NCBI GenBank assembly: GCA_965240325.2
Contig: OZ251225.1
Span: 2,604,001 to 2,668,000 of the forward strand
DNA: 64,000 bases
Direction: 5' to 3'
DNA from: Rebecca billardiae RCC1528
Lineage: Eukaryota; Protista; Haptophyta
Shown: positions 12,035-24,807 of the stretch, in pieces
How positions within the stretch are numbered: the stretch's first letter is position 1
How the letters are laid out: each line of letters begins with the position of its first letter
Notes under the pieces: model-generated
The model's database searches: none
Told to the model about the DNA's origin: nothing
The model's input: only the letters and a program-made list of their open reading frames with translations
Program-made: the position numbers and the translations under genes

Positions 12035-12331
12035 TCATCTCCTCTTCTTCTTGTCGAGGCGTTCGCGAAGCCCCTTTGTCGTGGGTGACTCGGGTATCTT
12101 CGAAATCGCGCTGCTATCGTGCTGGAACTTGCACAGGATTGGCCAGTACCGTCTCCACAAAAGGATGGAACAGCCGATCGAGCACACGATGAGGACGGTG
12201 AGCACGGCGCAGATGCGCGTGTGCAAAGCCAGTACCTCGGGAGGCACACCACCTGTCGGAAGGTCGCTCGCCGAGGGCTGCGGAGTGTCGTCGATCATTG
12301 CCTCGTCATCAGGCACGAGCACGCCCGACAT
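12035..12331 (-). CDS. Small (98 aa) single-pass membrane protein, unknown function
   Basis: ATG start, acidic N-terminus, hydrophobic ICAVLTVLIVCSIGCSILLW followed by RR and a basic tail. It is divergent from the next gene. Confidence 0.55.
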   Translation of the reverse strand: MSGVLVPDDEAMIDDTPQPSASDLPTGGVPPEVLALHTRICAVLTVLIVCSIGCSILLWRRYWPILCKFQHDSSAISKIPESPTTKGLRERLDKKKRR

Positions 12332-12360
12332 GACCCCGGGCGCGGGCTTTCCGTTGAACG

Positions 12361-15029
12361 ATGGCGGCCGACCCGGACGGGCCCGGACTCACGAACGCGG
12401 TAGCGAAGGGACGCGAGGTGCTTGTAACGTTCGCAAGCCAATGGCGTAGGCTGGGTAGGCCGATGCTCAAGCGCGGACCGCAGGTGAAGAAGGAGGTCGC
12501 GGGGCAGCAGGACCGCTCGGAGGTGCTCGATAAGGCGGGTATCAAGTACAGCTCCAACGATGTCCTCATCGGCCGGCTCAACGATCGCACTGCGCGCGAG
12601 GAGGTGACAGCGGCGCGTGCCTTCTCGAAGCGCGGCGCGCAGCCCGCCGCGGAGCCCGTCGACAACGCGGCGGTGATCGTGAGCGTGGCTGGCGAGCACG
12701 GGGACGGGGACGAGCGCGACGTGTCCGCCCATGGCAACGAGCCCGGCCGGGGCCGCCGCCGCTCCGACGCGGAGGAGCGGTGGGACAAGCAGCGCGATTG
12801 GAAGATGCGGAAGATCAACGAGATCAATCAGCGCGTCGAGTACACGGTGCGCGAGTTCGAGAAGGCGACGGCGCAGCACGACATCGACGCGATGCGCATC
12901 GGTGCTGACTTCCAGGAGCGCACGCGCGACATCCTCACCAACTTCCGCCGCCTCGCCGACCAGCGCGAGGACGTGCTAGGCGCGCTCAGCGGTTGGTTCA
13001 CGCGCTACTCGCGCGCCGACCGGTCGGACGGCGACGAGAGCGACGAGGACGACGCGCGCTCGGCGGGCAGCGGCGGCGACGGCTGGGCGGCGCCGCCGCC
13101 GCTCGAGCGCTCCGCCTCGACCTTCTCCGAGCTCGAGGACGCCAAGGCGGCCACCGAGGTCGCGGCGTTCAGCAACCAGGTCGTGACGGACGCTCGCAAG
13201 CTCAAGGAACTACATGGCAGGATGCTCGGGGAGGCGCAGGTGGCGCTGCGCTCGATGGAGGAGCGGATGAAGCGCTCGCTCGCGGAGTACGACGGGTTCG
13301 TCTCGCCCGACGCCGCGGCCAAGCTCGGCGCCGCGCTCACCGCGTCGCAGGACGTCGTCCACCAGCTGCAGGCTGAGCTCGAGGCCACGGCCAGGGGGCA
13401 CGCGGAGAGCGCCGCCAAGCTCGCCGAAGTGCAGAAGGCGCTGCGGACGAAGGAGTCGAACGAGAAGCTGCTGCGGCACGAGCTCGAGCGGCTCAAGGCG
13501 GAGTGGGCGAGGCTCGACGAGCAGCTCCGCTCCACGCGCACCGGCGCCGAGGACGAGCTCGACGCCGCCAACCTGCGGCTGGGCGAGCTCGAGGCGCAGC
13601 GCGAGCGAGACGCGGACGAGCGCGCGAGGCTGGAGAACGAGCTGCGCCATTCGCAGCGGATCGCGAGCGAGCACCTCGCGGCGAGCCAGCGGCTGCTCGA
13701 CGAGCGCGACGAGCACAAGGCGCTGATGCGCAAGCTGCGCTTCCAGAACGCCGCGCTGCGCGCGACGATCGCGGGCAGCGAGCACCGCGCCGAGCTGACC
13801 GCGAGCGCCGCCGCGCTCGGCGTCGAGCTGGGCCGCGCGGAGCAGCTGACCGCCGACCTTCTCACGCAGAAGGAAGGGCTGCTCGACCGGCTCGCCGAGC
13901 TGGAGGAGGAGGGCGAGGACGCGTACGCCGAGCGGCAGTCCGCCGCCGCGCTCCGCGCGCAGGTCGGCTCGCTCCTCGACGAGCTCGCGGCGGTCAAGGA
14001 CGAGCGGGACTCGACGGATGACCGGGCCAAGGGTGCGTTGGCGCGCGTCGCCTCGCTCGAGGCCGAGGCCACGCAGCTCAGGGCGAAGGGGAAGAAGGGC
14101 GAGGTGCGCGTGACGCAGCTGCTCGGCCTCAACGCCGAGTCGCACCGCGAGAGCCTCGCCGCCGCCGCGCGGCACGACGCCGCGCTCGGCGCGCTCGCTG
14201 AGGTCGACGCCGAGCTGCGCACCGCCCTTGAGGCGTACACGGCATCGCAGGCGTGCCTTCGGATGACGCGCGCGCGGCGCGCGGCGGAGCGCGCGCGGCT
14301 GCAGGGGAAGGTGGAGGAGCTCGAGCGCGCGGCGCTCGTGGCGCAGTCGGATCACATCCGCGAGCGCGAGGCCGCGCGCGCCGAGGGCGCGCGCACCGCG
14401 CTCGACGCCGCGCAGACCGCCTCGGAGCGGCACTCGCGGCACGCCGGAGCCAAAATCGAATCTCTCGAAGAAGAACACTCGAGCCTGCTGGCGCAAAGGG
14501 AGGTCCTGGCGTACGAGCGCGACCGGGCGTCGGTCGCGGCGCGCGCGCTGACGGCGGAGCTCGGCGTCGTCGAGGCCGACGCGTCGCTCGCGGCGATGGC
14601 GGCGCGCGCCGCCGAGTCCGACGCGCGCGCCGTCAAGCGCGCCGCCGCCGAGTCGCGCGGCGCGGTGACTGCGCAGGTGCGCGAGACGCGCCAAGCGCTC
14701 GGCCGCGCGCTCGGGCTGCTCGCGCGCGCGATGGGCTCGCGCGCCGACGCGCTGCGCGCTGTGCACGCCAGCACCGCCGTCGGAGCGTTGCCGCCGCTGC
14801 CGGGCGCGCAGCTCAGCGCCGCGAGCGCCGCCACCGATCCCGACGCAGGCGCGGGCGCGGACGCGGGCGCCGACGCGGCAGTCGACAGCGTCGGTGCTGC
14901 ACTCGCGCTTCAGGTGCGCACGCTGCGCGCGATTGGCCGCGAGCTCGCGCCGAGCGCGGAGCAGCCCGGGTCGACGCGGCACGACTCCGCCGACGCGGAC
15001 GGCGCCGAGACCGGCACCAGCTCCGACGA

Positions 15030-15072
<43 letters not shown>

Positions 15073-18000
15073 CGCCGTGGCGGCGCCGGCAAGGATGCGC
15101 TGCGCCGGGGCCTTCGAGCTCTGGAGGAGGCGAGTGCGCTCACCGAGCGCATAGCGGCGGAGGTGAAGGGCGCGCATGGCGGGGATGGCGCCGGGGCATC
15201 CGTGGCGCTCAGGGACGCGGTGAGCGGGCTGTACCATGCGCTCGAGGCGGCGTTGGCCACGGCGCCGGCCGAGGGCGGCGACACGAGACAAGTCCACACC
15301 TCGACGGCCCTCGCGCCGGTCGCCCCGCCGGCCGCGTCGGTTGCGCCGCCGGCGGCGTTGTCGGCCGCGCCACCGGCTGTCGAGGCGGCTGCACCGCCCG
15401 CCGTCGAGGGCGCCGCGCCACCTGCCGTCGAGGCTGTCGCGCCGCCCCCCGTCACCCCGCCGGGCGACAGCGCGAGCGCGGCGCCTGCAGTGGCACCGTC
15501 GCACGATGGTCCAGCCACCGCGGAGGCAGGTGGCATCGCGGGCCCGGCGACCGCCGATGCGCCGATCGCGCGGCCGCGCACCGCCGCCGGTGCCGAGGCA
15601 GCAACGGGCGCGGCGCCAGCGGCCGCGCCAGCGGCACGCACCGTCCATTCAGCCCCCGAGCCTACCGTCGCTCCGGCGGCGCGCGCCGCGGCGGCAAGCG
15701 GCGCGGTGCAGCCGATCGGCGCGCCGCGCGATCCGCGTCAGCCCAAGCGCATGCGGCCGCCGGCGCCGCCCCTTCTGCTTGACGACGCATCCGCCACGGC
15801 CTACCTGAACGAGCTCGGCGCGTGGATGGCGAGCGCGCTGGCGGCTGCGGCGGCGCGGGGCGGCCGCTCCCGAGGCAGAACGTCGATCGGACAGACTCAG
15901 ACCGAGTCCGCGCGCGCTCTGCATACGCAGCTTGCAACGCTAAGCGCAATCAGCGTGCGCGCGCGCGACTGGCGAGTGCGCGCGCACACGGAGAGTCCGA
16001 GCGAGCACGCGCCCGGGGCCGGCGCGGCCGACGGCGTAGCGGACGCGGACGCGGCTGCAGCCGCGGCCGGAAGCGGACGCGAGAGCGATGGCGCCCTTCT
16101 TGTCGCCGGCACGGACTCGCAGACGGCTGCGGCTGGCTCGGCCGCGGCTGGCGGTCTGGCGCCGGCGGCGCTCGGCGCAGCCGCTCCCGCGAGCGAGCGC
16201 GCGGACGGCGCGCCTGCCGCCGCGCACGCGTCGGCGGCTGAGCACGCCGCCCTCGCCGACGCCGGCACCGCGCCTCCGAGCACCGCCGCCTCGGCCGAGC
16301 CTCGCGCGGCCGAGCCCGCCCCTGGCGCGCCCGACCCGCAGTCTGCCGATGCCACACGGGCAGCGGAGCACCCGCCTCTTTTCGTCACGACGGGTGGCAC
16401 GCTCGTGTACGATGGGCGGATGCTGGCGAGCGTGCTGTTCGGCGTGTCCGAGGCCGCGGCGCGCGTGAGTGAGGCGGAGGCGACGGCGGCCTCGGCCGAC
16501 GCGCGGCGAGTGCTAGTCGAGGTGCGCGCGCACGCGACGACGTCGCGTGCGGCCGTGCGCGCTCGCGCGCGCGCAACCCACCCACGTCAACGCGGCGCGC
16601 CCCACTTTCCTCGCGCGTTGGCCTGACCCGCGCGCACGCCCCCTGCCCCGCGCGCGCCCTTTCCTCGCCACGTGCGGGATTGGATGACCCTCGCGCTTGC
16701 GCTCGCGCTCGCAGGATGCGCTGCGGTCCGACCCGATGGTGAGCGCTTGGCTCTCGCCGCTCGCTGTGCCTGCGCGCGCGGCCGCAGCGGCCGCGACTGA
16801 CAGCTCGGCGGTGGGCACGCAGACCGACCTTCTGATCCTGGATGAGGACGAGGAGAACGACGACGGCGACGGCGTGCGCTCTGACTCGGGGGAGCCGGAA
16901 GGGGAGGGGCACAGCGGCGTCGATGCGCTCAGCGAGCGGCTGGAGCGCGCGGCACGGATGCGCAAGCGGCTGAGTACCGAAATCGACAGAGAGCGCGAGG
17001 CGCGCACGCAGCTCGAGGCGCTGCTCGCGGAGTCGCGCGCGCAGATCGGGGAGGCGGAGGCGGCGCGCGAGGCCGCCGAGCGCGACGCGGCGCAGGTGCA
17101 GGCTGCGCTGCAGGCCGAGCTCGTGGCTGCGGGCGAGGAGGGCGCGCGCGCTCGACAAGCGCTGGATGAGGCGCGCGCCGCCGCGGACGACGCTTCGCGC
17201 GGCGAGCAGCGCACGGTCGCCTCGCTCCGCGCTCAGCTCGAGCTCGCGCAGGCGGAGGCGGACACCCTCGCGGCGGATCTGGACGACGCCCGCGCGGACC
17301 TTGCCGCGCTCGCCGAGAGCGCCGCGGCCGCGGACGTGAGCGCGCCGCGCCGCGACGCGCTCTTCAAAGCGGAGGTCGCGCTCAGGGCAAAGGCAATGGC
17401 CCTGCAAGAGGCACACGACGAAATACAGAGGCTGCGCGCGTCGATCGGCAGGCTCGAGGCACGGCGCGCTCGAGCGGAGCCCGCGCAGCACGCGCCCGCC
17501 GAGCCGCGCGCGCCGCCGGCCGACGGCGGCGGTGCGGTGCGGCGGCCAGCGCAGCCGGCGGCGGCCGGCGGCGGCGCTCGCGCGGAGCGCGGCGGTGCAG
17601 GCGCGCCGCACGGCCGCGGCGGAGCGCCCACGATTCAGCAGGACACGCTGGAGATGCCTGCCGATGTGGTCAGCCTCGCCTTTCAGGTGTGCGAGGCGCG
17701 CGCCACGCCGCCGGCCGCCATGCGTCTGCCCGCGCGGTGCATGCCGCCGCCATGCTCCTTTCTGCCCGCGCGGCGTCGGCCGCGAGCGCGCGCGGCGCCG
17801 TGCGTTCCGAGCGCGCGCTGAGCCTCTGCGCCGCGCGCCCCCCTGCCGCGGCACAGGTCGTTAAGGTGGAGCGCGGCACGCGCGAGCGCGCGTCCGCCGT
17901 CAACGCGCGCCGCGCGGAGGCGAGCGAGCGACTCGCCACAGTCAGGCAGCAGCTGGCCGCCACCGGCTCACAGCACGGCCCCGCTCGCGCAGACCTGCGC

Positions 18001-18987
18001 CGGATGGAGCGGCGGTATGCCGAGCAGCTGGCTGAATGGGAGCAGCGCAAGGCGACGATCGCCGCGGAGCGGGAGCGCTCTCTGGAGCTCGCGCTCAACG
18101 CGATGTCGATCATCGTCGACTACGGGCAGCCGGGCGAGCACGCGAAGGCGTTCCTCACGCCGCTGGGCGGCGGAGGCGGCGGTGGCGATGGAGGCGCCGC
18201 GCCCGCACGAGGTCTCCGCGCTGCGCAGCCGGTGGAAGCCGCCGCTCCGGCCTCCCCGGCGCCCAGCGGGCGCGCGATACCGGTCGCCCCGGACGGCCCG
18301 GGCGGTCTCACGGTCGTCAAGCTGAGCAGCTCTGGGCCGGGGCAGCGGAACTGGGCGGTGCCGGTCATCAGTGAGGCCGAGGCTGGCGCAGCCGGGCGCG
18401 CGGCCGCGCCTGGCGGCGGGGCGCCGCGCGTCTCGCCCCGCCCGGCCCTCTCGTCTGAGGACATGCTCGGCGCGTGGCACTCGCCGGTCGAGGAATTGCC
18501 AACGCCCGGGCGCAAGCAGACGCTCGCGCCGATGCGGCCGACGGGCGGCGCACACACGGCGAGCAGCCCGCGCGCAAAGCACGCGGGTGCAGCAGGCGCG
18601 CGCGGCGCGCCGTCGCCCGAGAGAGCGCGCGCGCCGGCAGCGCCACCGCTCGCGGTAGGCTTCAAGGGCCCGAGCCTGCAGCCGCGGCTCGGCGCCGCGG
18701 AGTCAAGTGCCTCGCCCAGCGCCGCGCGCGAGAGGCGCGTCGCGCAGGCCCAAGGCGTCGCGCCTGCACCCAGCGCGGCGCAGGGCAGCTCAAGCGCTGC
18801 AGCACCGCGTGCCAGGCCCAGTGGAGGCGGCGCGAGTGCCGCGCCACTCCCTGAGCGCAGCCTGGCGGGACAAGCGGCCAAGGCGCAGCTTGCACTGGCG
18901 CACACCACGCGCATGCCGCGGAAGCCAGCGCCAGCAGCTGCCAGCAGCGGTGGCGCGGACAATGGCGGCGGCACCAATGGCGGATGA
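12361..18987 (+). CDS. Very large (about 2,090 aa) coiled-coil, Ala-rich protein; exons approx. 12361-16521, 16715-17686, 17857-18987
   Basis: Three ORFs join in phase 0 through GT-AG introns 16522-16714 and 17687-17856. Long E/A/L/R heptad tracts and a poly-Asp run near 15025-15069. No family recognised. Confidence 0.8.
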
Positions 18988-19640
18988 TGGTATAACGCAC
19001 TGGGACCACTCATGACTCATGATGAGGCTGACTACTGAGTATTAGCAGATTGGCGCTGCACAGTCCGCAGCGCTGAGTGAGGCCCTGGCCCTGCTGAGCG
19101 CAAATATATATATTATATATCCGCGCGAGCATGATAACAATGTCCGGGCCGGCGGGCACTCCGCGTGCTGACTCCGCTAAGGAAAAGGATAGTGAGTGAT
19201 AGCTAGCTTGATGTCATCAATAGTAGCCGAGTTAGACTGCGCGCGCTGCTTAATAATCCGGAATATATACTATATATATATACTGATATAGCTTCAAGTA
19301 GTGTGAGTGTAGTAAGTGGCAGTGACTTAGGGCTAGGCAGTGCCCGCCGAGCAGCACGGCTCGGACGTTGAGTGACGAGCGGCTTGAGGAGTACTATACC
19401 GTTCACTAGCTACCGCCGTACAGTGAGTTACTCGGTAGTGCGAGTCTTGCCACGGAGTGTTGATATGTAGCGTTAGTTACTACTTAGTAGCGCAGCTATA
19501 CGGTTCCCATGGACAGACGGTGCCAGCAGGCCGCCGCGCCGGCTACTACTAAGTACTACTAGCTGCCGCTACCGTACTCTCCGACTCCGTACTCGCTGAG
19601 AGGCATGCACGCTGGATTCGGACGACGGCGGACTAGTATG

Positions 19641-19671
<31 letters not shown>

Positions 19672-19689
19672 CGTCTATATCTATCTATC

Positions 19690-19789
<100 letters not shown>

Positions 19790-20010
19790 GCACGTCATTG
19801 ATGACGACCGCCGATCCGGATCACCGCGATGAGTCATCCGCGATGACAGTACGCACAATCCATGGCCCTGGCCTGCCGCCGTTAGCCGTTGCGTTCCGCT
19901 GCCTGCCGCCGCCGGCCGGCGGCGGCGCGGCGCGGCGCGCGGCGCACGATCGTCATCGGCGTCGCCGTCCGATCAGCACGAATGGGCGCCACCGGGCACC
20001 GCCTCACCAC

Positions 20011-21078
20011 CTACGACGTGGTGGCACTTACAACTTGATGATCATCAGCACGTGGTCCACCGCTGTTGTGAGTGTTGCTGTTGCTGGCATCACCGGGCTC
20101 AGCAGTAGAGCCTGATGCTGGGTTGATGCTGTCGAGCAAGTGCTGTACGTCGCTGGAGCCCATCTGGTTGTTGACGTAGCGTTCGAGTGTCTCACTCACA
20201 ATTCTCTGGAGGAGGAGAAGCGTGGCTGGCGAGAGCGACGGTGGCATCCCTTTGCGTGTGGCGAAGGAGCCACGCCTGCCCTGATGAGCATCGTTGCTGT
20301 GGTCAATGTCCCGCGCGAAGGAGATGAAGTCGACTAGGCTGTCTTCTGAGAGCATGCCAACACCGAACTGGTCACTGAAGCGCTTCACGTAGTGCAAGAG
20401 GTCCCGCGCGTCGAGGTTCGTGGGTGGTGCGGTGTGCGCTGCGTGCTTCACGTTGTAGAGGGCGTCCATCGCAGGCACGATGCTCCCGAGGACCATTGTG
20501 GACGCCAGGATGACAAATGGGCCCAGCCATATCCACGTCGCCAGCTGGTCGAGAGAGAACATGACAGAGTGCGCGATGCAGATGACCCCTACCAAAATGA
20601 GACTGAGCATGAGGTACTGATAGCCCATGGACTGCCGCAGGCCCATGAGCTGCGCGAAGCGCGACGCCTCCATCTCAGTCCCCAGCTCACCATTCACGAT
20701 GAGCATGGTCACGGAACCCAGCATGGCAAGCACGCTGCAGGTGACGAAGACAAAGCTGAGCGCAAGCGTCACCTCGTGCATCCTGCCTGCCGGGCGCTTG
20801 CCCCAGCGCTCCTCGAGGCCCTGCCAGTCGAACTCGTCGATCGCAAACATGTGTGCAGTGGCAATGGTCAACATGAGAGCTGCGACAAGAGACACGTTGA
20901 TGTTCTCATTGTTCGCCTGAGATTTGGTGTCCTTCGTGTCCCGGTCACCGAGTGTCAGCCAAGTCCCCGTGCCCATCAGAAACAAATGCGAGAAGAACGG
21001 CGGTGGTTGGCGGATCTTGCTTCTGAGCATGAGCTTGGTGGACTGGGTCATGATCACGTCCTCCATTGCTGCCGCCAT
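20011..21078 (-). CDS. Intronless protein with about 4 TM helices, PGG-domain-like
   Basis: NENINVSLVAALMLTIA resembles the first helix of PGG domains, and three more hydrophobic segments follow. Probable ATG at 21078 (MAAAMEDV). GC is lower than in neighbouring genes. Confidence 0.7.
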   Translation of the reverse strand: MAAAMEDVIMTQSTKLMLRSKIRQPPPFFSHLFLMGTGTWLTLGDRDTKDTKSQANNENINVSLVAALMLTIATAHMFAIDEFDWQGLEERWGKRPAGRMHEVTLALSFVFVTCSVLAMLGSVTMLIVNGELGTEMEASRFAQLMGLRQSMGYQYLMLSLILVGVICIAHSVMFSLDQLATWIWLGPFVILASTMVLGSIVPAMDALYNVKHAAHTAPPTNLDARDLLHYVKRFSDQFGVGMLSEDSLVDFISFARDIDHSNDAHQGRRGSFATRKGMPPSLSPATLLLLQRIVSETLERYVNNQMGSSDVQHLLDSINPASGSTAEPGDASNSNTHNSGGPRADDHQVVSATTS

Positions 21079-21387
21079 TGCGAAAGACGTGATGATTGTG
21101 GAGTACTGGAGTCGGTGCGACGTCAGACGACAGACGGTTGGTCGCACCGCCGCGACAATACGATGCTGATGGTCAACATAGCCGCAACGGAGCCCGCGAG
21201 TGGCGCTCCCTTCGCTCGTCTCCTAGAAGAGCAGCGTGGCGCAGCAGTACAACTTTGAAGTCCGACCACCCGATCGTCATTTGAGCGAGCCACAGCCCAC
21301 CGTGCGCTACTAGTACCATCTGTCTAGTAGCGCATGCGTTTCAAACCGTGACCGATCAAGTCACGCGGACTCGGCGCGCCGGCGGAG

Positions 21388-21440
21388 CAGCAGCCAGCAG
21401 CCAGCAGCCAGCAGCCAGCAGCCAGCAGCCAGCAGCCAGC
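21388..21440. repeat. Heptamer tandem repeat (CAGCCAG)n
   Basis: About 7 copies visible. Confidence 0.9.
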
Positions 21441-21955
21441 GAGTGTCCGGGCGACGCACGCACGTGTGCGGGGCATGACATCAACTAGTTACACAGTGAG
21501 CAGGACGATACTTATGGGCAAAAGTACTGCTCTACTAGTATACGGACGACTACTGGCGTTTTGGCTGGGGACGTGCCGGACGGCGCCTCAGACCGCCGAA
21601 TCGTGAGACCGCGGGACCGAGACCCGAGAGTGTACTTCTGAGACTCTGTCAACGCCACAGGCACATATTAGCAGCCGCAGCATCAGCTTGATGATGAGTG
21701 AATAGCAACTACTACAGGCACTCACAGGCGGAATCACCGTCCCGGAACTCTCCTCGGAAGCCTTAGAGTTAGAATCTAAGTTAGAAGCAGTAAGCTCTGT
21801 ACTCAGCCTCGCGGGGCGGCGTGCCGCGCGCCGCGTCACTGCTGCATCACAGCACTGAGCATCAGCACAGCATCAGTAGTACTTAGTTAGCACCGATGAG
21901 CCGGAATCACAACGGACGAACGGTAGGACGGGTACCGACTACCGAGTCGTCAGAA

Positions 21956-24562
21956 TCAGTACGCCTCGCCTGGTGGCAACTCGCGCCAGTGGCGCTGTCG
22001 CCACGCAGGGATGTCGGACTCGCTGTGCTCGTTGAGCCACTGCGCCACCGCCGTGTCGTTGTCGATCTTGCCCGGCACGGGCGCGGCGAGCGCCTCCGCC
22101 CAGTCGGACGGCCACGCGGGCACGGGGTCGTCCACGTTCCCCTGCGGCATGAACTTGCGGCAGCGCTCGCCAAAGTCGCGGCACAGCTCGGTGCGCACCT
22201 CGGCGCCGAGCCCCGTGACGCGCGGGAACTGCATGTCGCGCGGCACGTGCAGCACGAGCACGGACGCGCCGGCGCGCTCGGGCGTGTTCAGCGCCGCCAT
22301 CAGGGCCTCCGCGCCCAGCTCGGCGCCCGGCGGCAGCCCGAGCTCCGCCCAGCGCACGTCGACGCGCGTCGCGCCCGCCTCCTCCAGCTTGGCCTCGACG
22401 AGGCGGTGGTGGACGCCCGGGAGGCCGTGCACGCCGTGCCGCTCGCGGATCGTCTTGCAGAACATCGGGTAGCAGCACACGCCCTGCGGGTGCGGCGGCG
22501 GCGGCGAGAAGCCCTCCGCGCAGTCGCCCAGGAAGGCGCCCACGCCCGTGCGCTCGTCGTAATTCTGATAGATGCCCTCGCGCGGGTAGCGCTGCCGGCG
22601 GCGCGAGTAGCCAAAGCGCGTGTTGTTCATCCGCATGATCCACTTGGAGGTGCACGCGGTGACGGGCTCGACGCCGACGCGGCCGATGAGCCGCGCGAGC
22701 ACCGAGAGCCACACGCGCCGCGCCGCCTGCGCGCGGACGGACACGCGGTAGCTCGCGTGCGCCGGGCTGGCGCCCTCGCCCGCCATTGCCAGGACCTTTG
22801 GCAGGCCCGCGCGGAAGTGGCGCTGCATCTGCGGCTCGACGGCGCCGACCGCGACGGGCCCCTGCTTGTCGTCCTTGCGCAGGCTCGCGACGAGCACCTC
22901 GGTCTCCCACCGCCACCAGCCGAGCGCCAGCATCGCGCCCACCTTGTCCAGCCCGCCCACAAAGTGCGCGACGACCGGCGGCTTGTACGCCCAGTGGCCG
23001 TCCCAGCCAGCAATCTCGCCCTCCATCGTGCCGTGCCATGAGGAGATGAAAGTGGAGTTGGGCGCGGCGGCGCTCTCCTGCCCCGAGGCCGGGTCGACGT
23101 GCACGGCGGGCGGCGGGTCGCCCGGGTTGGGCCCGCGCAGGTCGACGCCGACGATCCCGCCCGACGCGGGCCGCGCGGGCAGCCGCAGCGCGTGCGTCCA
23201 GTGCGAATAGCCGGACTTGGGGTCGGCCGGATCGTTGCGGTGCGCGACAAAGCGCGCGCACGCCTCCATCTCGTCGTTGGTGATGCCGCCGGTGAAGTAC
23301 TTGACGTACTCCTGCCACTTCTCGATCTTGCACTGCGTCGGCTCGTTGCGGATGATGATGTGCCGCCCGCAGAACGCCGACATGAGCACATCCTGGTAGA
23401 TCTTCTGATCCTTGGCGCTCACAAACACGTACTTGTGGTGCCCCGAGGTGATGCCCTGCGCGTCGGGGTGCGACCAGTACGCGCCGCCCTTCGCGTACAC
23501 CTCGGGGCGCTTGCACACGTCGCGCTCGCGCTGCAGGATCTCGTGCAGGATGCGGTACACCTGGTTCCCCACCTTGCAGCCGCGCAGGTACATGAAGCCG
23601 TTGTTGATCATGAGCGCGGACGGCCCGTTGTCGAGCGAGAGGATGAACGCGTGCTTGCCGAGCGTGGCGGGGTCGTGCAGCATGGGGTAGGGGAGGGACT
23701 GGATGGTCATGTCGCCGTCGAGCGCCATCACGTTCACCCCGCCCAGCTCGATGATCCGCGCGAGGTAGTAGTGCCGGATGAACCACATCCGCTCGGTCTT
23801 ACCCACCCTGTCGGACTCTGACTTGCAGCCGTCCAGGTCCCAGCTCGACCAGCCGCACGAGAGCTGGCTGGGCGAGTCGAAGAGCCCGTCGCAGCCGCGC
23901 TTCGTCATCATGATCACGAGGAAGTGCTCGATCCCCGCGTCGCGCAGGCTGAGCACCAGGTTCGTCACCCACGGGCTGCCGGCCTCGTTTGCGTACGTGA
24001 TGACGAGCTCGCCGCTGTGCGAGCGCGCACGCACCGCCTTCTCGAGCTCGCCCTCGGCCTCCAGGTCGCCCGCGCGGTACGGCGCGACCTTGCCCACCGA
24101 GCAGAGCGGGCCTTCGCACGCGACGCGCGTCGACCCCGCGCTGCTGCCGCCGCCGGACCCGCCGCCGCCAACGGCGCTGCTGAGGGCCGCGCCCGCGCTC
24201 GCGATCGCCCCCGCCACCGTGCTGGCCGCCGCTGCGGCCGTGCCCGTGGTAGGTGCCTCGGGGGCGGGCACGGGCTGCGGGGTTGGGCGGGGCTGTGACA
24301 AAGGCATCTCGAGCATGGCGCCGGCCAACGCCGCCGTGCGCTCCTCTGCTGTGAACGAGCGCGTCGAGATCGCGCTCGGGTCGATCGGCGGACGCGCCAG
24401 CGTGCCGGGCACCGACGTCGCCTCGTACGCACTCGAGCGCATGCTGAATGTGCCGGGTGCCGATATGCTTTGCGCGACGATGAGAAGCACGAGCGCGAGC
24501 GGCACCGCCACAAGGCATGGCACCGAGTACGGGCTGACAGACGGCGCGCGTTGCGCCTGCAT
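21956..24562 (-). CDS. Type II membrane nucleotide-diphospho-sugar transferase (GT77-like, GT-A fold)
   Basis: N-terminal TM anchor, P/A/S stem, then NLVLSL, RHYYLARIIELG.NVMALDGD (DxD), INNGFMYLR and KDQKIYQD. Confidence 0.82.
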   Translation of the reverse strand: MQAQRAPSVSPYSVPCLVAVPLALVLLIVAQSISAPGTFSMRSSAYEATSVPGTLARPPIDPSAISTRSFTAEERTAALAGAMLEMPLSQPRPTPQPVPAPEAPTTGTAAAAASTVAGAIASAGAALSSAVGGGGSGGGSSAGSTRVACEGPLCSVGKVAPYRAGDLEAEGELEKAVRARSHSGELVITYANEAGSPWVTNLVLSLRDAGIEHFLVIMMTKRGCDGLFDSPSQLSCGWSSWDLDGCKSESDRVGKTERMWFIRHYYLARIIELGGVNVMALDGDMTIQSLPYPMLHDPATLGKHAFILSLDNGPSALMINNGFMYLRGCKVGNQVYRILHEILQRERDVCKRPEVYAKGGAYWSHPDAQGITSGHHKYVFVSAKDQKIYQDVLMSAFCGRHIIIRNEPTQCKIEKWQEYVKYFTGGITNDEMEACARFVAHRNDPADPKSGYSHWTHALRLPARPASGGIVGVDLRGPNPGDPPPAVHVDPASGQESAAAPNSTFISSWHGTMEGEIAGWDGHWAYKPPVVAHFVGGLDKVGAMLALGWWRWETEVLVASLRKDDKQGPVAVGAVEPQMQRHFRAGLPKVLAMAGEGASPAHASYRVSVRAQAARRVWLSVLARLIGRVGVEPVTACTSKWIMRMNNTRFGYSRRRQRYPREGIYQNYDERTGVGAFLGDCAEGFSPPPPHPQGVCCYPMFCKTIRERHGVHGLPGVHHRLVEAKLEEAGATRVDVRWAELGLPPGAELGAEALMAALNTPERAGASVLVLHVPRDMQFPRVTGLGAEVRTELCRDFGERCRKFMPQGNVDDPVPAWPSDWAEALAAPVPGKIDNDTAVAQWLNEHSESDIPAWRQRHWRELPPGEAY

Positions 24563-24807
24563 TCTCGCCTGTCACAAGATGCTGCCACTGCGCGGTTTGC
24601 TTCGCCCGTGCACCGGAGACGCGTCAGGACTCCCTTGCCGGACCGGATGTTACAACCGCCCGCGGCCCAGCCAATGAGAAGCCGCCGCCGCCGGATGAGA
24701 GCTCTTGATCACGATCAAGAGCCGATGATGAGAATTATTGGCGCGACCGGGGGGGGCCGGGGCGGACGCCTTCCGCACGACGACCGCACCTCTCGACGCT
24801 TCGCGCG

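Noticed and set aside
13005-15648. Long antisense ORFs (also 36091-37734, 43780-46266 and 48904-52686)
   Set aside because: Shadow ORFs caused by stop-codon scarcity opposite high-GC coding sequence.
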